A DNA stretch of 64,000 nt, taken from the IMG/VR virus record IMGVR_UViG_2061766007_000136; one strand, 5' to 3'. The notes beneath the pieces are model-generated. The model made no database searches, was not told the origin of the DNA, and saw nothing but the letters and a program-made list of their open reading frames with translations. Position 1 is the first letter of the stretch, and each line of letters begins with the position of its first letter. Source of the stretch: an uncultured virus (IMG/VR IMGVR_UViG_2061766007_000136). Taxonomy: Duplodnaviria; Heunggongvirae; Uroviricota; Caudoviricetes. Below are positions 31,672 to 42,569 of the stretch, one piece after another. A program made the translations under genes and the position numbers.

Positions 31672-31998
31672 ATGAAAAGCCAATGCTACAACGTGGTCGG
31701 CGTGACATTCGAGAACAGGCAGGACATACTTAATAGTTTCTACAAGAACTACAAAATCGGCGGAAACTACAATGTCCGTCTTGAATCAGAACCAAGCAAT
31801 CCCTATGACAAGAATGCGATTGCCGTCCGTCTCGATGTCGGTGGCGCGGACTACAAGCATGTCGGGTATATCTCGAAGCAGGAGAATGTCCAGCTTGGTC
31901 AAAGGCTCGGAAAGATGAAGACCGCATCCCTCTGCTCGATGGGACCTAACAGCAAGGGTGAACTTGGATTGACAATCCAAGTCGAATTCGAGGATTAA
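31672..31998 (+). CDS. HIRAN domain protein
   Basis: VVGVTF, LESEPSNPYDKNAIAV, VGYI. Confidence 0.9.
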   Translation: MKSQCYNVVGVTFENRQDILNSFYKNYKIGGNYNVRLESEPSNPYDKNAIAVRLDVGGADYKHVGYISKQENVQLGQRLGKMKTASLCSMGPNSKGELGLTIQVEFED

Positions 31999-32001
31999 TC
32001 C

Positions 32002-32310
32002 ATGAAGAACAAGAAGAATACACGGCATATCCCGAACAACATCAAACTGTCACCGCAGGAGCCTCCGAAAGCGACTGAAAAGCAGGATGATGCCATTGAA
32101 AAAGGCAAGGCGTTGAACCTCATGTCGCTTGAAGAGCCTAACGATTCGGAAATCAATGAAGAGGGCGACTGCATCGGTCATTATGACGAGAATGCGCCTG
32201 AATGCGAGGATTGTGAAATACAGGTGTCATGCAAGGACATGACGGATAACTTGAAATCGATGATGGAAGAACTTACAAAGGACAATGGAGATGGCAAGAA
32301 AGAACGGTAA
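32002..32310 (+). CDS. small Cys-cluster protein
   Basis: C-x9-CxxC-x4-C. Confidence 0.7.
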   Translation: MKNKKNTRHIPNNIKLSPQEPPKATEKQDDAIEKGKALNLMSLEEPNDSEINEEGDCIGHYDENAPECEDCEIQVSCKDMTDNLKSMMEELTKDNGDGKKER

Positions 32311-32641
32311 TCCAATTATCATCGTGAGCATCAACGGCGGTGAGACCGATACGGCTACGGTCGTCAAGGAGAAGACGACGGTGGAACCGCCTCATAAGTG
32401 GAATGTCGTTATGCACAACGACGATTTCACCCCGATGGGGTTTGTTGTCGAAGTGCTCGTGAAGATATTCAAAAAGGACAGGGTTGAAGCAACCAAGCTG
32501 ATGTTGCACATCCACCACAATGGAAAGGGCATTGCAGGGACTTATTCAAAGAGCATTGCGGAAGAAAAGCTGACAAAGACACGCGACCTTGCCAATGCTG
32601 CGGGTTATAATGAATTCAAAGTGACAATGGAGCGAGCTTAA
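32285..32641 (+). CDS. clpS: ClpS N-degron adaptor
   Basis: WNVVMHNDDFTPMGFVVEVL, MLHIHHNGKG, IAEEK. Confidence 0.95.
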   Translation: MEMARKNGNPIIIVSINGGETDTATVVKEKTTVEPPHKWNVVMHNDDFTPMGFVVEVLVKIFKKDRVEATKLMLHIHHNGKGIAGTYSKSIAEEKLTKTRDLANAAGYNEFKVTMERA

Positions 32642-32644
32642 AAG

Positions 32645-32944
32645 ATGGAAAAAGTGAAAATCGAACTGCCAAAAAAGTACAAGGTCGGAATCTCAGTGCT
32701 GATTCCGATGACGGATGACGAAACCAAGAAAGGATGCATGAACATCGTCAGCACTCTTGTGGAAAGCATGGGCAAGGGTTCCATTGGTACGCGACAATGG
32801 ATGCGGTCGTTCAAGAGTCATGGAAAGGCGATTATCACTCCGCCTCTTATCCGCTCCATCGCCGAAACCAAGGTCGAGGGTCTGAACGAGCATTTCAATG
32901 GTTTTCATCTTCCTTTCGAGGCGTTCCTTGAAGAGGAGAAATGA
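32645..32944 (+). CDS. divergent ClpS-like protein
   Basis: PKKYKV...HGKAII...SIAETKV...LPFEAFLEEE follows the ClpS pattern. Confidence 0.55.
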   Translation: MEKVKIELPKKYKVGISVLIPMTDDETKKGCMNIVSTLVESMGKGSIGTRQWMRSFKSHGKAIITPPLIRSIAETKVEGLNEHFNGFHLPFEAFLEEEK

Positions 32945-32945
32945 C

Positions 32946-33161
32946 ATGACAGGCAAGACACGCAAGAAACGCGAGAAGATAGACTGGAAGAAGAATGTGG
33001 ACGATGCGACTGCGTGGATTGAGGAATGCAGGAAGCTCGGAATTACGCCCACCACCACGCAATTGCAGAACCACTTCGGGTGGACTCAAACCGTGGCGAG
33101 CAAAGTGAAGTCTTTTATAGGAATCATGAATTCAAAGGAGCAACGAAACGATGGCGAATAA
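32946..33161 (+). CDS. small basic protein, possible winged HTH
   Basis: [17 protein letters not shown] pattern. Confidence 0.55.
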   Translation: MTGKTRKKREKIDWKKNVDDATAWIEECRKLGITPTTTQLQNHFGWTQTVASKVKSFIGIMNSKEQRNDGE

Positions 33162-35397
33162 TCACGAAATGGAAGAAATCAGACGGATTGTGAACAAGGT
33201 GCAGGACTTTGCGGAAAAGCACAAGTACGCTTATCTTGTCCCTGAGCAGATGCTTTACGTCCTGTTGAGCGACGACAAGTGCGTAAATCTCATCAAGAGC
33301 CTGACGACAGACCGTAGCAAGAACAAGGCGGTCGCTGATTTGAAAAAGGAAGTCTCCGAGTACATCGAGGAGAATGTGGAGAAAGCCGAGGACATTGGCG
33401 GTATTTCAATGACGAAATCCTATCAGAAGCTACTGAACGATGCGGTTACGCAGGCAAGCCTCCGTTCCATCGAACCCGACAGTTTCTGCATATTCGTCAT
33501 GCTCTTCAATGACAAGGAACAGGCTTCGGCGTATTTCCTGTCACAGCACGGCATCTTCGAAGAAGATGTGTTGGAATACATCCGCAACTATCGTGACGGC
33601 GGTGGCAATGCCGATGGCAACGGTAGCACTGAGAACCTTGCCAAATACTCCGTTAATCTGACGCAGATGGCTCGTGACGGCAAAATCGACCCGCTTATTG
33701 GACGTGAGAAGGAAATAGAACGCATCGCCGATATTCTGGCGAAGAAACGCGGTAGCTGTCCCGTTCTATGTGGTGAAGCTGGAACTGGCAAAAGTGCTGT
33801 GGTTGAAGGACTTGCGTTGAAAATCGCCAATGATGAAGTGCCGAAGTCGCTTCTTGGAAAGAGCGTTTACGCCCTTGATTTGGCGAGCATGGTGGCTGGC
33901 ACGAAGTTCCGTGGCGAATTCGAAGACCGTCTTGAAAAGACCATCAAGGAAGTCGCTGGCAACGATAATGTCATCCTGTTCATTGATGAACTCCATACGA
34001 TTGTCGGGGCAGGCGGTTCAGAGGGCGCGATGGATGCGTCCAATATCCTGAAACCATACTTGTCCCGTGGTCAGGTCAGAATCATCGGAGCTACGACTTA
34101 CGATGAATACAAGAATAAGATTGAGAAAGACAAGGCGTTGTGCCGTCGTTTCAAAAAGATTGACATTATGGAACCGTCCAAGGCGGAGACACTGGAAATC
34201 CTGCGTGGACTGCGCGAAAAGTACGAGGAATTCCACGGTGTCAAGTTCAGCGATGAAATCCTGCAATCCGCAGTTGATTTGAGCGCACGTTACGTCATCG
34301 GCAAGTTCTTCCCCGACAAAGCGATTGATGTCATCGACGAAGTTGGTGCGAAGTACCATTCTGGTAATAAAAAGGGAACTGAAGCGACTCTGAAAGATGT
34401 CGAGGAAGTCATCTGCTCTATGGCGAATCTTCCGAAACTCTCCGTTGAGACTGATGAAAAACAACAGCTCAAGACCCTCGGCGACCGCATCAAGACCAAT
34501 CTGTACGGTCAGGATGAAATCGTTGACCAGATTGTGAAACAAGTCAAGATGGCAAAAGCTGGACTGTCCAATCAGGGAAAACCGCTTGCTGTGTACATGC
34601 TTGCTGGTCCCACGGGCGTTGGCAAGACGGAACTTGCGAGAACTCTTGCAAAAGAACTCAATATCGGGTTCACGAAACTTGACATGTCAGAATACCAAGA
34701 GGAATACTCCGTGTCCAAACTCATCGGTTCTGCGGCAGGTTATGTCGGCTACGAGCAGTCTGGCGCGTTGACTGAACCGCTTATCAAACAACCTCATCAA
34801 GTGCTGTTGCTCGATGAAATCGAAAAAGCGAACAAGTCCGTGTACGATTTGCTCCTGCAAGTCTTCGATGACGGTCGCCTGACCGACAATCACGGTCGTG
34901 AAGCAAGCTTCAAGAATGCAATCATCCTCATGACGACGAACGTAGGTTATGCTGGTGCCACCAACATGTCCAATGCGCTCGGATTCACCAAGACTGAAGC
35001 GGATGATGCACAGCGGACTCAAAAGGCGATTGAGGATGCGTACAAGAAGAAGTTCAGCCCCGAATTCCGTAACCGTCTGTCTGGTGTCTGCTACTTCCAT
35101 AATCTTGATGACAAGGTAATGGGGATGATTGTGGACAAGAACATCCGTTTCTTGAACGATTCTCTTGCTGACAAGAATGTGACCGTCTCCCTGACAGACA
35201 ATGCAAAAGCGTGGATTGTCAAGAAAGCCGTGGCTGAAAAGGCTGGTGGTCGTCCTGTCGAGCGTCTTGTCGATTCCGAAATCAAGATGAAGATTGTCGA
35301 TGAACTCCTTGAAGGCGACATTGCCGAAAAGGGCGGTTCTATCTCCGTGGACGAAAACAACGACGAACTCTCCATCTCCTATAATGTGAACGAATAA
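33151..35397 (+). CDS. clpA: ClpA-like AAA+ chaperone
   Basis: [50 protein letters not shown] loop, FSPEFRNRL; no ClpB middle domain; next to clpS. Confidence 0.93.
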   Translation: MANNHEMEEIRRIVNKVQDFAEKHKYAYLVPEQMLYVLLSDDKCVNLIKSLTTDRSKNKAVADLKKEVSEYIEENVEKAEDIGGISMTKSYQKLLNDAVTQASLRSIEPDSFCIFVMLFNDKEQASAYFLSQHGIFEEDVLEYIRNYRDGGGNADGNGSTENLAKYSVNLTQMARDGKIDPLIGREKEIERIADILAKKRGSCPVLCGEAGTGKSAVVEGLALKIANDEVPKSLLGKSVYALDLASMVAGTKFRGEFEDRLEKTIKEVAGNDNVILFIDELHTIVGAGGSEGAMDASNILKPYLSRGQVRIIGATTYDEYKNKIEKDKALCRRFKKIDIMEPSKAETLEILRGLREKYEEFHGVKFSDEILQSAVDLSARYVIGKFFPDKAIDVIDEVGAKYHSGNKKGTEATLKDVEEVICSMANLPKLSVETDEKQQLKTLGDRIKTNLYGQDEIVDQIVKQVKMAKAGLSNQGKPLAVYMLAGPTGVGKTELARTLAKELNIGFTKLDMSEYQEEYSVSKLIGSAAGYVGYEQSGALTEPLIKQPHQVLLLDEIEKANKSVYDLLLQVFDDGRLTDNHGREASFKNAIILMTTNVGYAGATNMSNALGFTKTEADDAQRTQKAIEDAYKKKFSPEFRNRLSGVCYFHNLDDKVMGMIVDKNIRFLNDSLADKNVTVSLTDNAKAWIVKKAVAEKAGGRPVERLVDSEIKMKIVDELLEGDIAEKGGSISVDENNDELSISYNVNE

Positions 35398-35420
35398 TCA
35401 TTGCTTACTCCTTGAGCAAA

Positions 35421-35456
35421 GAAAACCTGCGCCGTGAAAAAGCGCAGGTTTTTTGT
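35421..35456 (+). terminator. Rho-independent terminator
   Basis: AAAACCTGCGC...GCGCAGGTTTTTT. Confidence 0.75.
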
Positions 35457-35597
35457 GTTTTTGAACATGATTTTTTCGTTTTTCATTCATATATAAATTA
35501 TATGTTTTATCATTTTCTCTTTATATCATGGTAAAATAGAAGTACGATGAATTTAATTTGACATACAATAAAATCAGGAATATAGGAGAATGATACC

Positions 35598-36299
35598 ATG
35601 CTGAATTTTGAGAAAATCGAAAAAATCGCCGCCGAACTCGAAGAAAAGCTCGGTTTGGATTCTGAACAATCAGGGGATGCCCTCATCGACAAGGCTGAGG
35701 AAATGCTCAAAGAGGAAGAAGCAAAGACGGACGACGCGAAAGGCGAAAATCTCGGTGCTGAAATTGAAAAGCAGGTGGAAGAGGAAAAGAAGAACACTGA
35801 AGTCCCTGAAGAATCCTTTGCTGCCAGTGAAGAAGCTCCTGCGGAAACGCCTGTTGAGGCTGAAGAAGAGGAATTCGACGTTGAAGGCGCGAAGGCTTGT
35901 CAGGCTAGCTTGAAGAAGCTCATCAAAATTGCCCAGACCGTCAAAATGTCCAAAGACATGCCAGCTTGCAAGAAGCAGGAAGTCCTGAGCAAAATCCAGA
36001 AGGCTTCCGAAAAACTGATTAGTGCTGCGAAAGGCGATGAGGATGAAGATGGAAGCGACACCTACACCACGCAGAACATGAAGAAGAAGAACACGAAGGT
36101 TACGTCCATGTCCTTGAAAAGAGGCATAACGCCGAAAGCGATTGGCAAGTTGATGCGCAATCCGTCCGCCACGATGTCCCGTATTTTCAAGAAAGTAGGT
36201 GACAAGATGGATGTCAATATCCCTGTCAGCAGAATGACCGCCACGATGTTTGTCAATCTGCTTGCTGCCCTTGAAGAAGCTCTTGTTGAAATGGATTAA
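35598..36299 (+). CDS. acidic/coiled hypothetical protein
   Basis: AGGAG SD; Glu-rich N-half, basic C-half. Confidence 0.75.
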   Translation: MLNFEKIEKIAAELEEKLGLDSEQSGDALIDKAEEMLKEEEAKTDDAKGENLGAEIEKQVEEEKKNTEVPEESFAASEEAPAETPVEAEEEEFDVEGAKACQASLKKLIKIAQTVKMSKDMPACKKQEVLSKIQKASEKLISAAKGDEDEDGSDTYTTQNMKKKNTKVTSMSLKRGITPKAIGKLMRNPSATMSRIFKKVGDKMDVNIPVSRMTATMFVNLLAALEEALVEMD

Positions 36300-36421
36300 T
36301 ACAGAAAACTGATTTGAATGGTTTTACCGCTGTGTATTTTCATGCATGGCGGTATTTTTTTTCCTGAATCACGCCATATTAAAACAAAAAAGTTTTTCAT
36401 TTTTCAATCAAAGGAGATGCT

Positions 36422-36718
36422 ATGATAAAGAGTGTTAATGCGATTGTTTCAAAAGCCGATGTCCATTTCTACCCAGACCTGTCATTGAGCCAGATTGAGA
36501 TTACATTGCAGTTCGACAAGGGTAATGCGTTGCTGAGGGCACCAATGGACAGCGACAGCATGTTCGATATATTGAATGTGTTCAGCAAGGATAACATCCA
36601 TGATTTGACAGGCGAATGTTGTCGTGTCTTCATGGACGAGGAAACTGGCAGGATTGATTCCATCAGGCATATTGTCTTCGACGGATTCGGCGAATTGAAG
36701 GACAATCCATTGGTTTAA
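36422..36718 (+). CDS. hypothetical protein
   Basis: AAGGAG SD. Confidence 0.75.
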   Translation: MIKSVNAIVSKADVHFYPDLSLSQIEITLQFDKGNALLRAPMDSDSMFDILNVFSKDNIHDLTGECCRVFMDEETGRIDSIRHIVFDGFGELKDNPLV

Positions 36719-36731
36719 GGAGACGGATGGT

Positions 36732-37079
36732 ATGATAAAGTCAAATGATGGAATATACGTGGTCGTCAATGGACAAGAGTACAAGCTGGAATATGTCACT
36801 CCATTTGACGACCTGACCAAATGCGGTCAATGCGATTTCATGAAACAAGGAAGATGCACAGCCACGAAAAACTGTCTGAAAATAGAAGTGGAATTCCCAG
36901 ACTCTTTCTGGAAGAGAGTCATGTCTCTTACAGTCAAAAAGGATTCTACTTATTCAAAGCCAGCTTACTGCTACAATGATTCATTTAAAAAGGAAGTGGT
37001 GATTACGCAGGACAGCACTCTGCTGGAAAACGAAACTGTTACGACAGACAGGTTTGTAGGGGAATTCAACTGTGAATAA
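36732..37079 (+). CDS. hypothetical Cys-containing protein
   Basis: AAGGAG SD; CGQC. Confidence 0.7.
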   Translation: MIKSNDGIYVVVNGQEYKLEYVTPFDDLTKCGQCDFMKQGRCTATKNCLKIEVEFPDSFWKRVMSLTVKKDSTYSKPAYCYNDSFKKEVVITQDSTLLENETVTTDRFVGEFNCE

Positions 37080-37128
37080 ACTTGACAACACAACAATATG
37101 AGACATATTATCTAATAAGGAAAAAACT

Positions 37129-37962
37129 ATGGGTACAACTAAAAAGACAACAGCATCGGTGTATGGAAAGAGGATTTTCAAAATCGAAGTCACTGCCATC
37201 TACAATGAGGACATGGAAGCGGAGCAAATTGCCGACGAGCTTTCCGAAGGATTGTTCAACAGCCTGAAGAAGAGCGGGAAGAGACTGGTCGTGCTAAATG
37301 TTGATTCCGTGAAAGTCCCTTCTAAGCCAGACGACGTGGCAATGGGGATAATCAGGGAATTGTCCCGCCAGAAGCAGGAGTCGATGAGTATGCAGGAAAC
37401 TGAAGAAGGCTCGAAGTATGTCGTCGTGGAAAAGAAGGAGGAAGAACCCCAGAAGACTGAAGTAAAGCAGGAAGTTCCAGAAAAAGAAATGCCTAGACAA
37501 GAAGAGCCTAAGCAAGAGGAACCGAAAAAGGAAGAGCTTCCGAAAGAAATAGAAAAAGAGATTCCTGAAAAGGAAAAACCGAAGAAGGAAAAGCCAAAGA
37601 AGGAACCGAAAAAAGAAATTCCAAAGAAAGAGGAACCTCCGAAAAAGGAAGAACCGAAGAAAAAGCCTGCGAAAAAGACAGCTCCGAAGAAAAAACTTCC
37701 TGAACCAGAACAAGATGTCAAGAAGACTGAACCTGTGAAGGAAACTGCATCAGAAGAAGCAAAGCAGGAAACAATTTCATCGTTTCCTAAAACGAAAATA
37801 CATCCAATTGGAATACCAAAAAAACCCAATGCCTCGGCTGATACAAGACCGACTTTGAATGATATTTTCGGATTCAGGAAAACACAAGAAACAAAGGAAA
37901 CTCCAAAGCTAAATGCTGTTGCCAAGAAAGGCAAGGCGGTGAAAAATGAGAAAAGAGCTTGA
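37129..37962 (+). CDS. protein with long E/K/P-rich low-complexity region
   Basis: Repeated EEPK/KEKPK units ~37430-37700. Confidence 0.75.
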   Translation: MGTTKKTTASVYGKRIFKIEVTAIYNEDMEAEQIADELSEGLFNSLKKSGKRLVVLNVDSVKVPSKPDDVAMGIIRELSRQKQESMSMQETEEGSKYVVVEKKEEEPQKTEVKQEVPEKEMPRQEEPKQEEPKKEELPKEIEKEIPEKEKPKKEKPKKEPKKEIPKKEEPPKKEEPKKKPAKKTAPKKKLPEPEQDVKKTEPVKETASEEAKQETISSFPKTKIHPIGIPKKPNASADTRPTLNDIFGFRKTQETKETPKLNAVAKKGKAVKNEKRA

Positions 37963-38872
37963 GGAACAATTATACGCGATTGACCCCGTGTTCTTCAGAC
38001 AGAAGGACTTAGACATGACGCAGACGTGCATGTGCTGGGGCATCGAATGCGGTGACGGGTGGTACGAGCCAATCAAGAAGCTGGTTGAGAAAACAGCCGT
38101 CTTGAACAGGGTGCTCGCGCCGTTGAACCTGTGCATCAACGCAAGCCAGATAAAGTCAAAATTCGCGGAATTCCGTTGCTACTGGGTGCCGAATGTCTTG
38201 AATGATAAGGTTGATTTTCCGTTATCCGACGAGCAGATGGCGATTATGGACACGGTTCATCATCTTATGGATGATGCGGTGAGCGGTTGCGAGGATGAAT
38301 GCAACAGGACATGCGAATTGTGCGGGAAGAACGACACATTCAAAGACGAAATATCCGTCTGCGGGTCGTGGCTAACCGTCAAATGCCTTGAATGTGCGCA
38401 GAAACCGCAACGTGAGGCTGGAAAGATTACGAACTTCAGGGAAGGATTCATGTTCCTGTCGCCTTTCGCTAGGGAAACTGTCGTGGTCAACGATGTCAGA
38501 TTTCCGACTGTCATCGGGGCGCATTATGGTACGATGTATCCGAACTATGAACAGATGTTCTCGGATTTGGCGAATCCTTCCGATGTGCAGGCGGTCGCCA
38601 TGAACCTCGGACTCTGTAAGAATGACGACAGGGCGGTTGCCAACATGAAAAAGGTGCTTCTGGCTCGTTACTCCGAGTCGAAGAACGGCGAAAACAGGGC
38701 TAAGGCTGGTCTTTTGAGTACGAAGGGGCTTGAAATCATCCAGTTGAACCGTACCCATGAGAATGTCTGGGGCGCATGCTGTTGCAAGGAATGCGAAGGG
38801 AAGGGGCAGAATATTTACGGAAAGATGCTCATGGACATAAGGGATGCTTTTTTGAGAGGGGAGATACCATAG
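37946..38872 (+). CDS. fusion: Zn-finger phage domain + degenerate NADAR domain
   Basis: GIECGDGWY, CELC...CLEC, then FLSPF, FPTV, LLSTKG, VWG, GQNIYGKMLMDIR. Confidence 0.7.
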   Translation: MRKELEEQLYAIDPVFFRQKDLDMTQTCMCWGIECGDGWYEPIKKLVEKTAVLNRVLAPLNLCINASQIKSKFAEFRCYWVPNVLNDKVDFPLSDEQMAIMDTVHHLMDDAVSGCEDECNRTCELCGKNDTFKDEISVCGSWLTVKCLECAQKPQREAGKITNFREGFMFLSPFARETVVVNDVRFPTVIGAHYGTMYPNYEQMFSDLANPSDVQAVAMNLGLCKNDDRAVANMKKVLLARYSESKNGENRAKAGLLSTKGLEIIQLNRTHENVWGACCCKECEGKGQNIYGKMLMDIRDAFLRGEIP

Positions 38873-38874
38873 AA

Positions 38875-39387
38875 ATGATTAGGACTGATGACAAGCATGT
38901 TTTCTTCTACAAGGAATGGCCGTCCAATTTCAGGAAGACCAGTTTTTCCTACGATTACAACGACGAGGGGAATCCGCATCGCTTCTTTTGCACTGAACAG
39001 GCGTTCATGTACTGTAAAGCAAGATTCTTCAATGATTTGAAGACTGCTGAGAAAATCCTGAAGGCGACTGCTCCTTTGGAGGCGAAGATACTTGGCAGGC
39101 AAGTCAGTAACTACGTTGACGAGGAATGGGACAAGGTGCGCTACGACTACATGAAACAGGTGAATCTTGAACGGTTTTCTCAGGACGAATGGCTGAAAAA
39201 CAAAATCCTAGACCCATTGTATGACGGAAAGGCGTTTGTCGAGGCATCCCCGATTGACAAGATATGGGGAATCGGAATCCCGCTGGACAACGATGCGATT
39301 TTCGATGAACGAAACTGGAATGGCAAGAATCTTTTAGGAAAGGCGTTGACAGAAGTAAGAAACGAAATAAAGGAACGGATGAAATGA
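38875..39387 (+). CDS. NADAR (YbiA-like) domain protein
   Basis: SNF, TEQAFMYCKA, AKILGR, VEASPIDKIWGIG, GKNLLGKAL. Confidence 0.92.
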   Translation: MIRTDDKHVFFYKEWPSNFRKTSFSYDYNDEGNPHRFFCTEQAFMYCKARFFNDLKTAEKILKATAPLEAKILGRQVSNYVDEEWDKVRYDYMKQVNLERFSQDEWLKNKILDPLYDGKAFVEASPIDKIWGIGIPLDNDAIFDERNWNGKNLLGKALTEVRNEIKERMK

Positions 39388-39725
39388 TAATCAGGACTGG
39401 ATATGTCAGCAATTCAAGCACGTCGTCTTTCACGTTGGTTGGAATCGTGATTCACAGGGATGACATTGAAGAAGAATTTGGCAAGGAAATGGATTATGAC
39501 GACTTGTACCAGTTGTTTAACCATTCTTCTCTCGAAGTTGAAACTGGAATACAGGAATATGACGAAGACGACATTATCATCGGGCGTGACTTCCGCACAA
39601 TGAAGGACGACCAGACCTTGAAGGACTTCAAGCTGGAAGTGCTGAAAATCCTTGTGGACAAAGGATGGAAACCGAATGACTACAAGCGTCTAGAAATCGC
39701 CTGCGACGAAGGATACAGGTCATAG
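39384..39725 (+). CDS. SNSSSS-leader family protein 1
   Basis: MIIRTGYVSNSSTSSF. Confidence 0.85.
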   Translation: MIIRTGYVSNSSTSSFTLVGIVIHRDDIEEEFGKEMDYDDLYQLFNHSSLEVETGIQEYDEDDIIIGRDFRTMKDDQTLKDFKLEVLKILVDKGWKPNDYKRLEIACDEGYRS

Positions 39726-39729
39726 CAAG

Positions 39730-40242
39730 ATGAAGATACGTGCAGGATATGTTAGCAACAGCAGTTCAAGCTCTTTCTGTGTTGTCTTGAAGGATGACAT
39801 GACAAACATGGTGAAAATCACAAAAGAGCAGGAGGAACTGCTTTATTCGTATGGCTTCCGCTACATCAACGAATCTTGGAGAGGCGCGTTGACACAAGGT
39901 TCTCCACTTCATGACAGTACGGACGGATTCGACGAAAAGGAGCCGACATGCATGTATTTCGACGTGGTTTGCAACGAGCAGGATGTCGAGGATTTCCTGT
40001 TCGAGAACAAAATCCCGTTTGTCGAATCGGAGGAATACGATACGCGCACGGTGCATTACGACGGCATCCACGACTGGTATGACACGTATGAGAACGCGGG
40101 TGTGCGATTCTCGATATACGGGCTTCACAATCCGTTTGAAGATGAGTTGTACATGAAGTTGGCGATGAAATCCAGACCGTTCTACAGAACTAGGATTTCT
40201 GACGGGAAAGACATTACGGACGAGATGTTCAAAAAGGATTAA
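39730..40242 (+). CDS. SNSSSS-leader family protein 2
   Basis: MKIRAGYVSNSSSSSF. Confidence 0.85.
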   Translation: MKIRAGYVSNSSSSSFCVVLKDDMTNMVKITKEQEELLYSYGFRYINESWRGALTQGSPLHDSTDGFDEKEPTCMYFDVVCNEQDVEDFLFENKIPFVESEEYDTRTVHYDGIHDWYDTYENAGVRFSIYGLHNPFEDELYMKLAMKSRPFYRTRISDGKDITDEMFKKD

Positions 40243-40254
40243 ATGGAGTAAATC

Positions 40255-40635
40255 ATGAAAATCAGGACTGATTACGTGAGCAATTCAAGTTCTTCATCCT
40301 ATATTGTCATCGGGAAGGTCATCGGGAACATGTTCAATGACAATCTTGAGCTTGACGACGACAAGACCTACATCACGGAAGGTGCGGAACTTTGCGACGG
40401 TCAGGATATCATCACCGTGAACAAGTCCATCTACAAGTGGTTCAAGGAAAATCAGTTCAATGCCGATGTCCATTGCATTGATGGCGATGTCATCGAAGTC
40501 ATCTGGGACATTTCCGATGCTTCTGGCGATGAATTTCCAGAGCATTTCGAGAAGGGATGCAGGATTTGGACGTTCAGAAAAGACTACCATTCCACACATA
40601 CAGTCAAGGAAGCGAAAGACCGCTACAACTATTGA
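40255..40635 (+). CDS. SNSSSS-leader family protein 3
   Basis: MKIRTDYVSNSSSSSY. Confidence 0.85.
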   Translation: MKIRTDYVSNSSSSSYIVIGKVIGNMFNDNLELDDDKTYITEGAELCDGQDIITVNKSIYKWFKENQFNADVHCIDGDVIEVIWDISDASGDEFPEHFEKGCRIWTFRKDYHSTHTVKEAKDRYNY

Positions 40636-40675
40636 TAATGCCATGATTTCATTCAACCCGATAGGAGGCTCGAAG

Positions 40676-41089
40676 ATGAAATTGAAGAAGGCGAAGGAAT
40701 TGTATCCAGACTACGATTTCAACGCATGGTTTGGACCATACGACTATTCCCCGATATACAAGTCCTTCGGGACAGTTGTTCGCAAGGACGACATTGGCGA
40801 GTATCAGGGCGACACGCAGGTATTGCTGTATGACTCGGAGACGGACAAGTATGGATACTTGATGTTCGGTTGGGGAAGCTGTTCCATGTGCGACAGATTG
40901 CAGGGATGCCAGAGCTACAAGGACGTAGATGACCTCATCCAGTATCTCTATTCGACAATCCGCTGGTTTGATGATGATGCCGAAGGATACAGGTTCTTCA
41001 CGACGCACAAATGGCATTTCGACTACGCCCACAGCCCTGAATTCGTGTCGTTCTGCACGGAATTTTTCAAGAAGAGATGCGGGAAATGA
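40676..41089 (+). CDS. hypothetical phage protein with GSCSxCD motif
   Basis: AGGAGG SD; EYQGD, FGWGSCSMCD. Confidence 0.75.
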   Translation: MKLKKAKELYPDYDFNAWFGPYDYSPIYKSFGTVVRKDDIGEYQGDTQVLLYDSETDKYGYLMFGWGSCSMCDRLQGCQSYKDVDDLIQYLYSTIRWFDDDAEGYRFFTTHKWHFDYAHSPEFVSFCTEFFKKRCGK

Positions 41090-41373
41090 AAAAGACCGTT
41101 GACTTGACGGAAAACCACGACTACATAAACGAGTCGTATGAGCAGTTGATGAGGGAGCGCAGGTGGACGGTCTTCAGGACGAAGAAGCATTATGTCCAAC
41201 TGACTTTCCAGATACACTGGCGGTTGGGCAAGTTCAAATGGTTCAGATTCAAGGAAACCGTATTCAGGTACTATGCGATTAGCAGATTTTACGAACTTGT
41301 ACTTTTGAACTACATGTACACGCTTGGCGTGCATTTCGGGACATACGACCCTTCATGCCAGAGCGGTGGATGA
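41086..41373 (+). CDS. hypothetical protein
   Basis: ATGA-coupled ORF. Confidence 0.6.
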   Translation: MKKTVDLTENHDYINESYEQLMRERRWTVFRTKKHYVQLTFQIHWRLGKFKWFRFKETVFRYYAISRFYELVLLNYMYTLGVHFGTYDPSCQSGG

Positions 41374-41392
41374 TTTTATAAAGGAGTTGAAA

Positions 41393-41896
41393 ATGAAAAG
41401 AAGAGAAGGATATGTGAGCAATTCAAGCTCATCTTCATACGTGGTTGTTCCGAGGGAAGTCGTGGACGACTGTTCTCATGACAAGTGGACTGACGATTCG
41501 GTGATACTGACCATGTTCATCGGCGACCGTTGCGGGGAGCAATGGAATGGTGAGAAATGGGACGGATTTTTTGATGGCGGTGAAAAGGAATTCGGCTGGC
41601 AGACAGAGGAATACCATGACTTCGAGTCCAAATGGAATTGGCTGGTATTGCAGGCGTTTTATGACGGCGACGAATACATCACGCAGATAAACGACTTCCT
41701 GCACAGAATCGACCCGTCCTTTGAAATCGACTGGGGAAAAGTCGAGAAACTGACAGAAGGCGAAGGCGGATATGCGTTCATCGACCATCAGAGCGTCGAT
41801 GCGAAAAGCACGTTCGAGGAGATTTCTCCAATCGGAATAGCGGAATGGTTGCTAAATGGAAAATGCTACATCAACAACGGAAACGACAATGGCTGA
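41393..41896 (+). CDS. SNSSSS-leader family protein 4
   Basis: MKRREGYVSNSSSSSY; AAGGAG SD. Confidence 0.85.
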   Translation: MKRREGYVSNSSSSSYVVVPREVVDDCSHDKWTDDSVILTMFIGDRCGEQWNGEKWDGFFDGGEKEFGWQTEEYHDFESKWNWLVLQAFYDGDEYITQINDFLHRIDPSFEIDWGKVEKLTEGEGGYAFIDHQSVDAKSTFEEISPIGIAEWLLNGKCYINNGNDNG

Positions 41897-42569
41897 GGAA
41901 AAACAGGAATACAGCGGAGATTTTGTCAACACTCTGAAAGCCACGGAGCAGTATGAACGCGAGGAGCAGGAATACTACGATTATCTTAGAAACCATCCCC
42001 ATATGAAGGAATGCGCAAAGGCGATACTGTATCTCCGAGACAATCTTCCGAAATTCGAAAAATGGGACGTGATGAACATCCTTTACAACTACGAGATGGA
42101 AGGAGACACATTTTTGTCCGATTTTTCGACCATCATGGATTCCAATGAATTCATGCGTTTGCCAAAAGCATTGACATCCATGCTGTCCAGCATCGAGTAC
42201 AACATCGTCGATGACGGATATCTGCATCTCTACGAGATACAGGTGGTGAATGATATTAAGAGCCTGTGCAAGGAAAAAACCTTAAAGAACAAAGCGTCGT
42301 TCCACTATGTCCTTTCAGCCATCGAACCGACTTCGGCTAAAAACAATTACGGGAAGAGATGGCTTTCCTGCCATGAATTCATGTTCGTCAATCCAAAGTA
42401 CAAATGCTCAAAGGACACATGGTTCAAGACGGTCGATAATTTCGTCGAATTCCTCAAAATCCTCGGCGACACAAAGAACTACACCAACAATGGTTATGTC
42501 AAGGAAAGCGTGCTCAAGAAGTATTTCAAGAATCTTGTGAAATCCAACAAAATTGGCATAGGTGGTTAA
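41889..42569 (+). CDS. hypothetical protein
   Basis: Coupled ORF. Confidence 0.75.
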   Translation: MAEEKQEYSGDFVNTLKATEQYEREEQEYYDYLRNHPHMKECAKAILYLRDNLPKFEKWDVMNILYNYEMEGDTFLSDFSTIMDSNEFMRLPKALTSMLSSIEYNIVDDGYLHLYEIQVVNDIKSLCKEKTLKNKASFHYVLSAIEPTSAKNNYGKRWLSCHEFMFVNPKYKCSKDTWFKTVDNFVEFLKILGDTKNYTNNGYVKESVLKKYFKNLVKSNKIGIGG

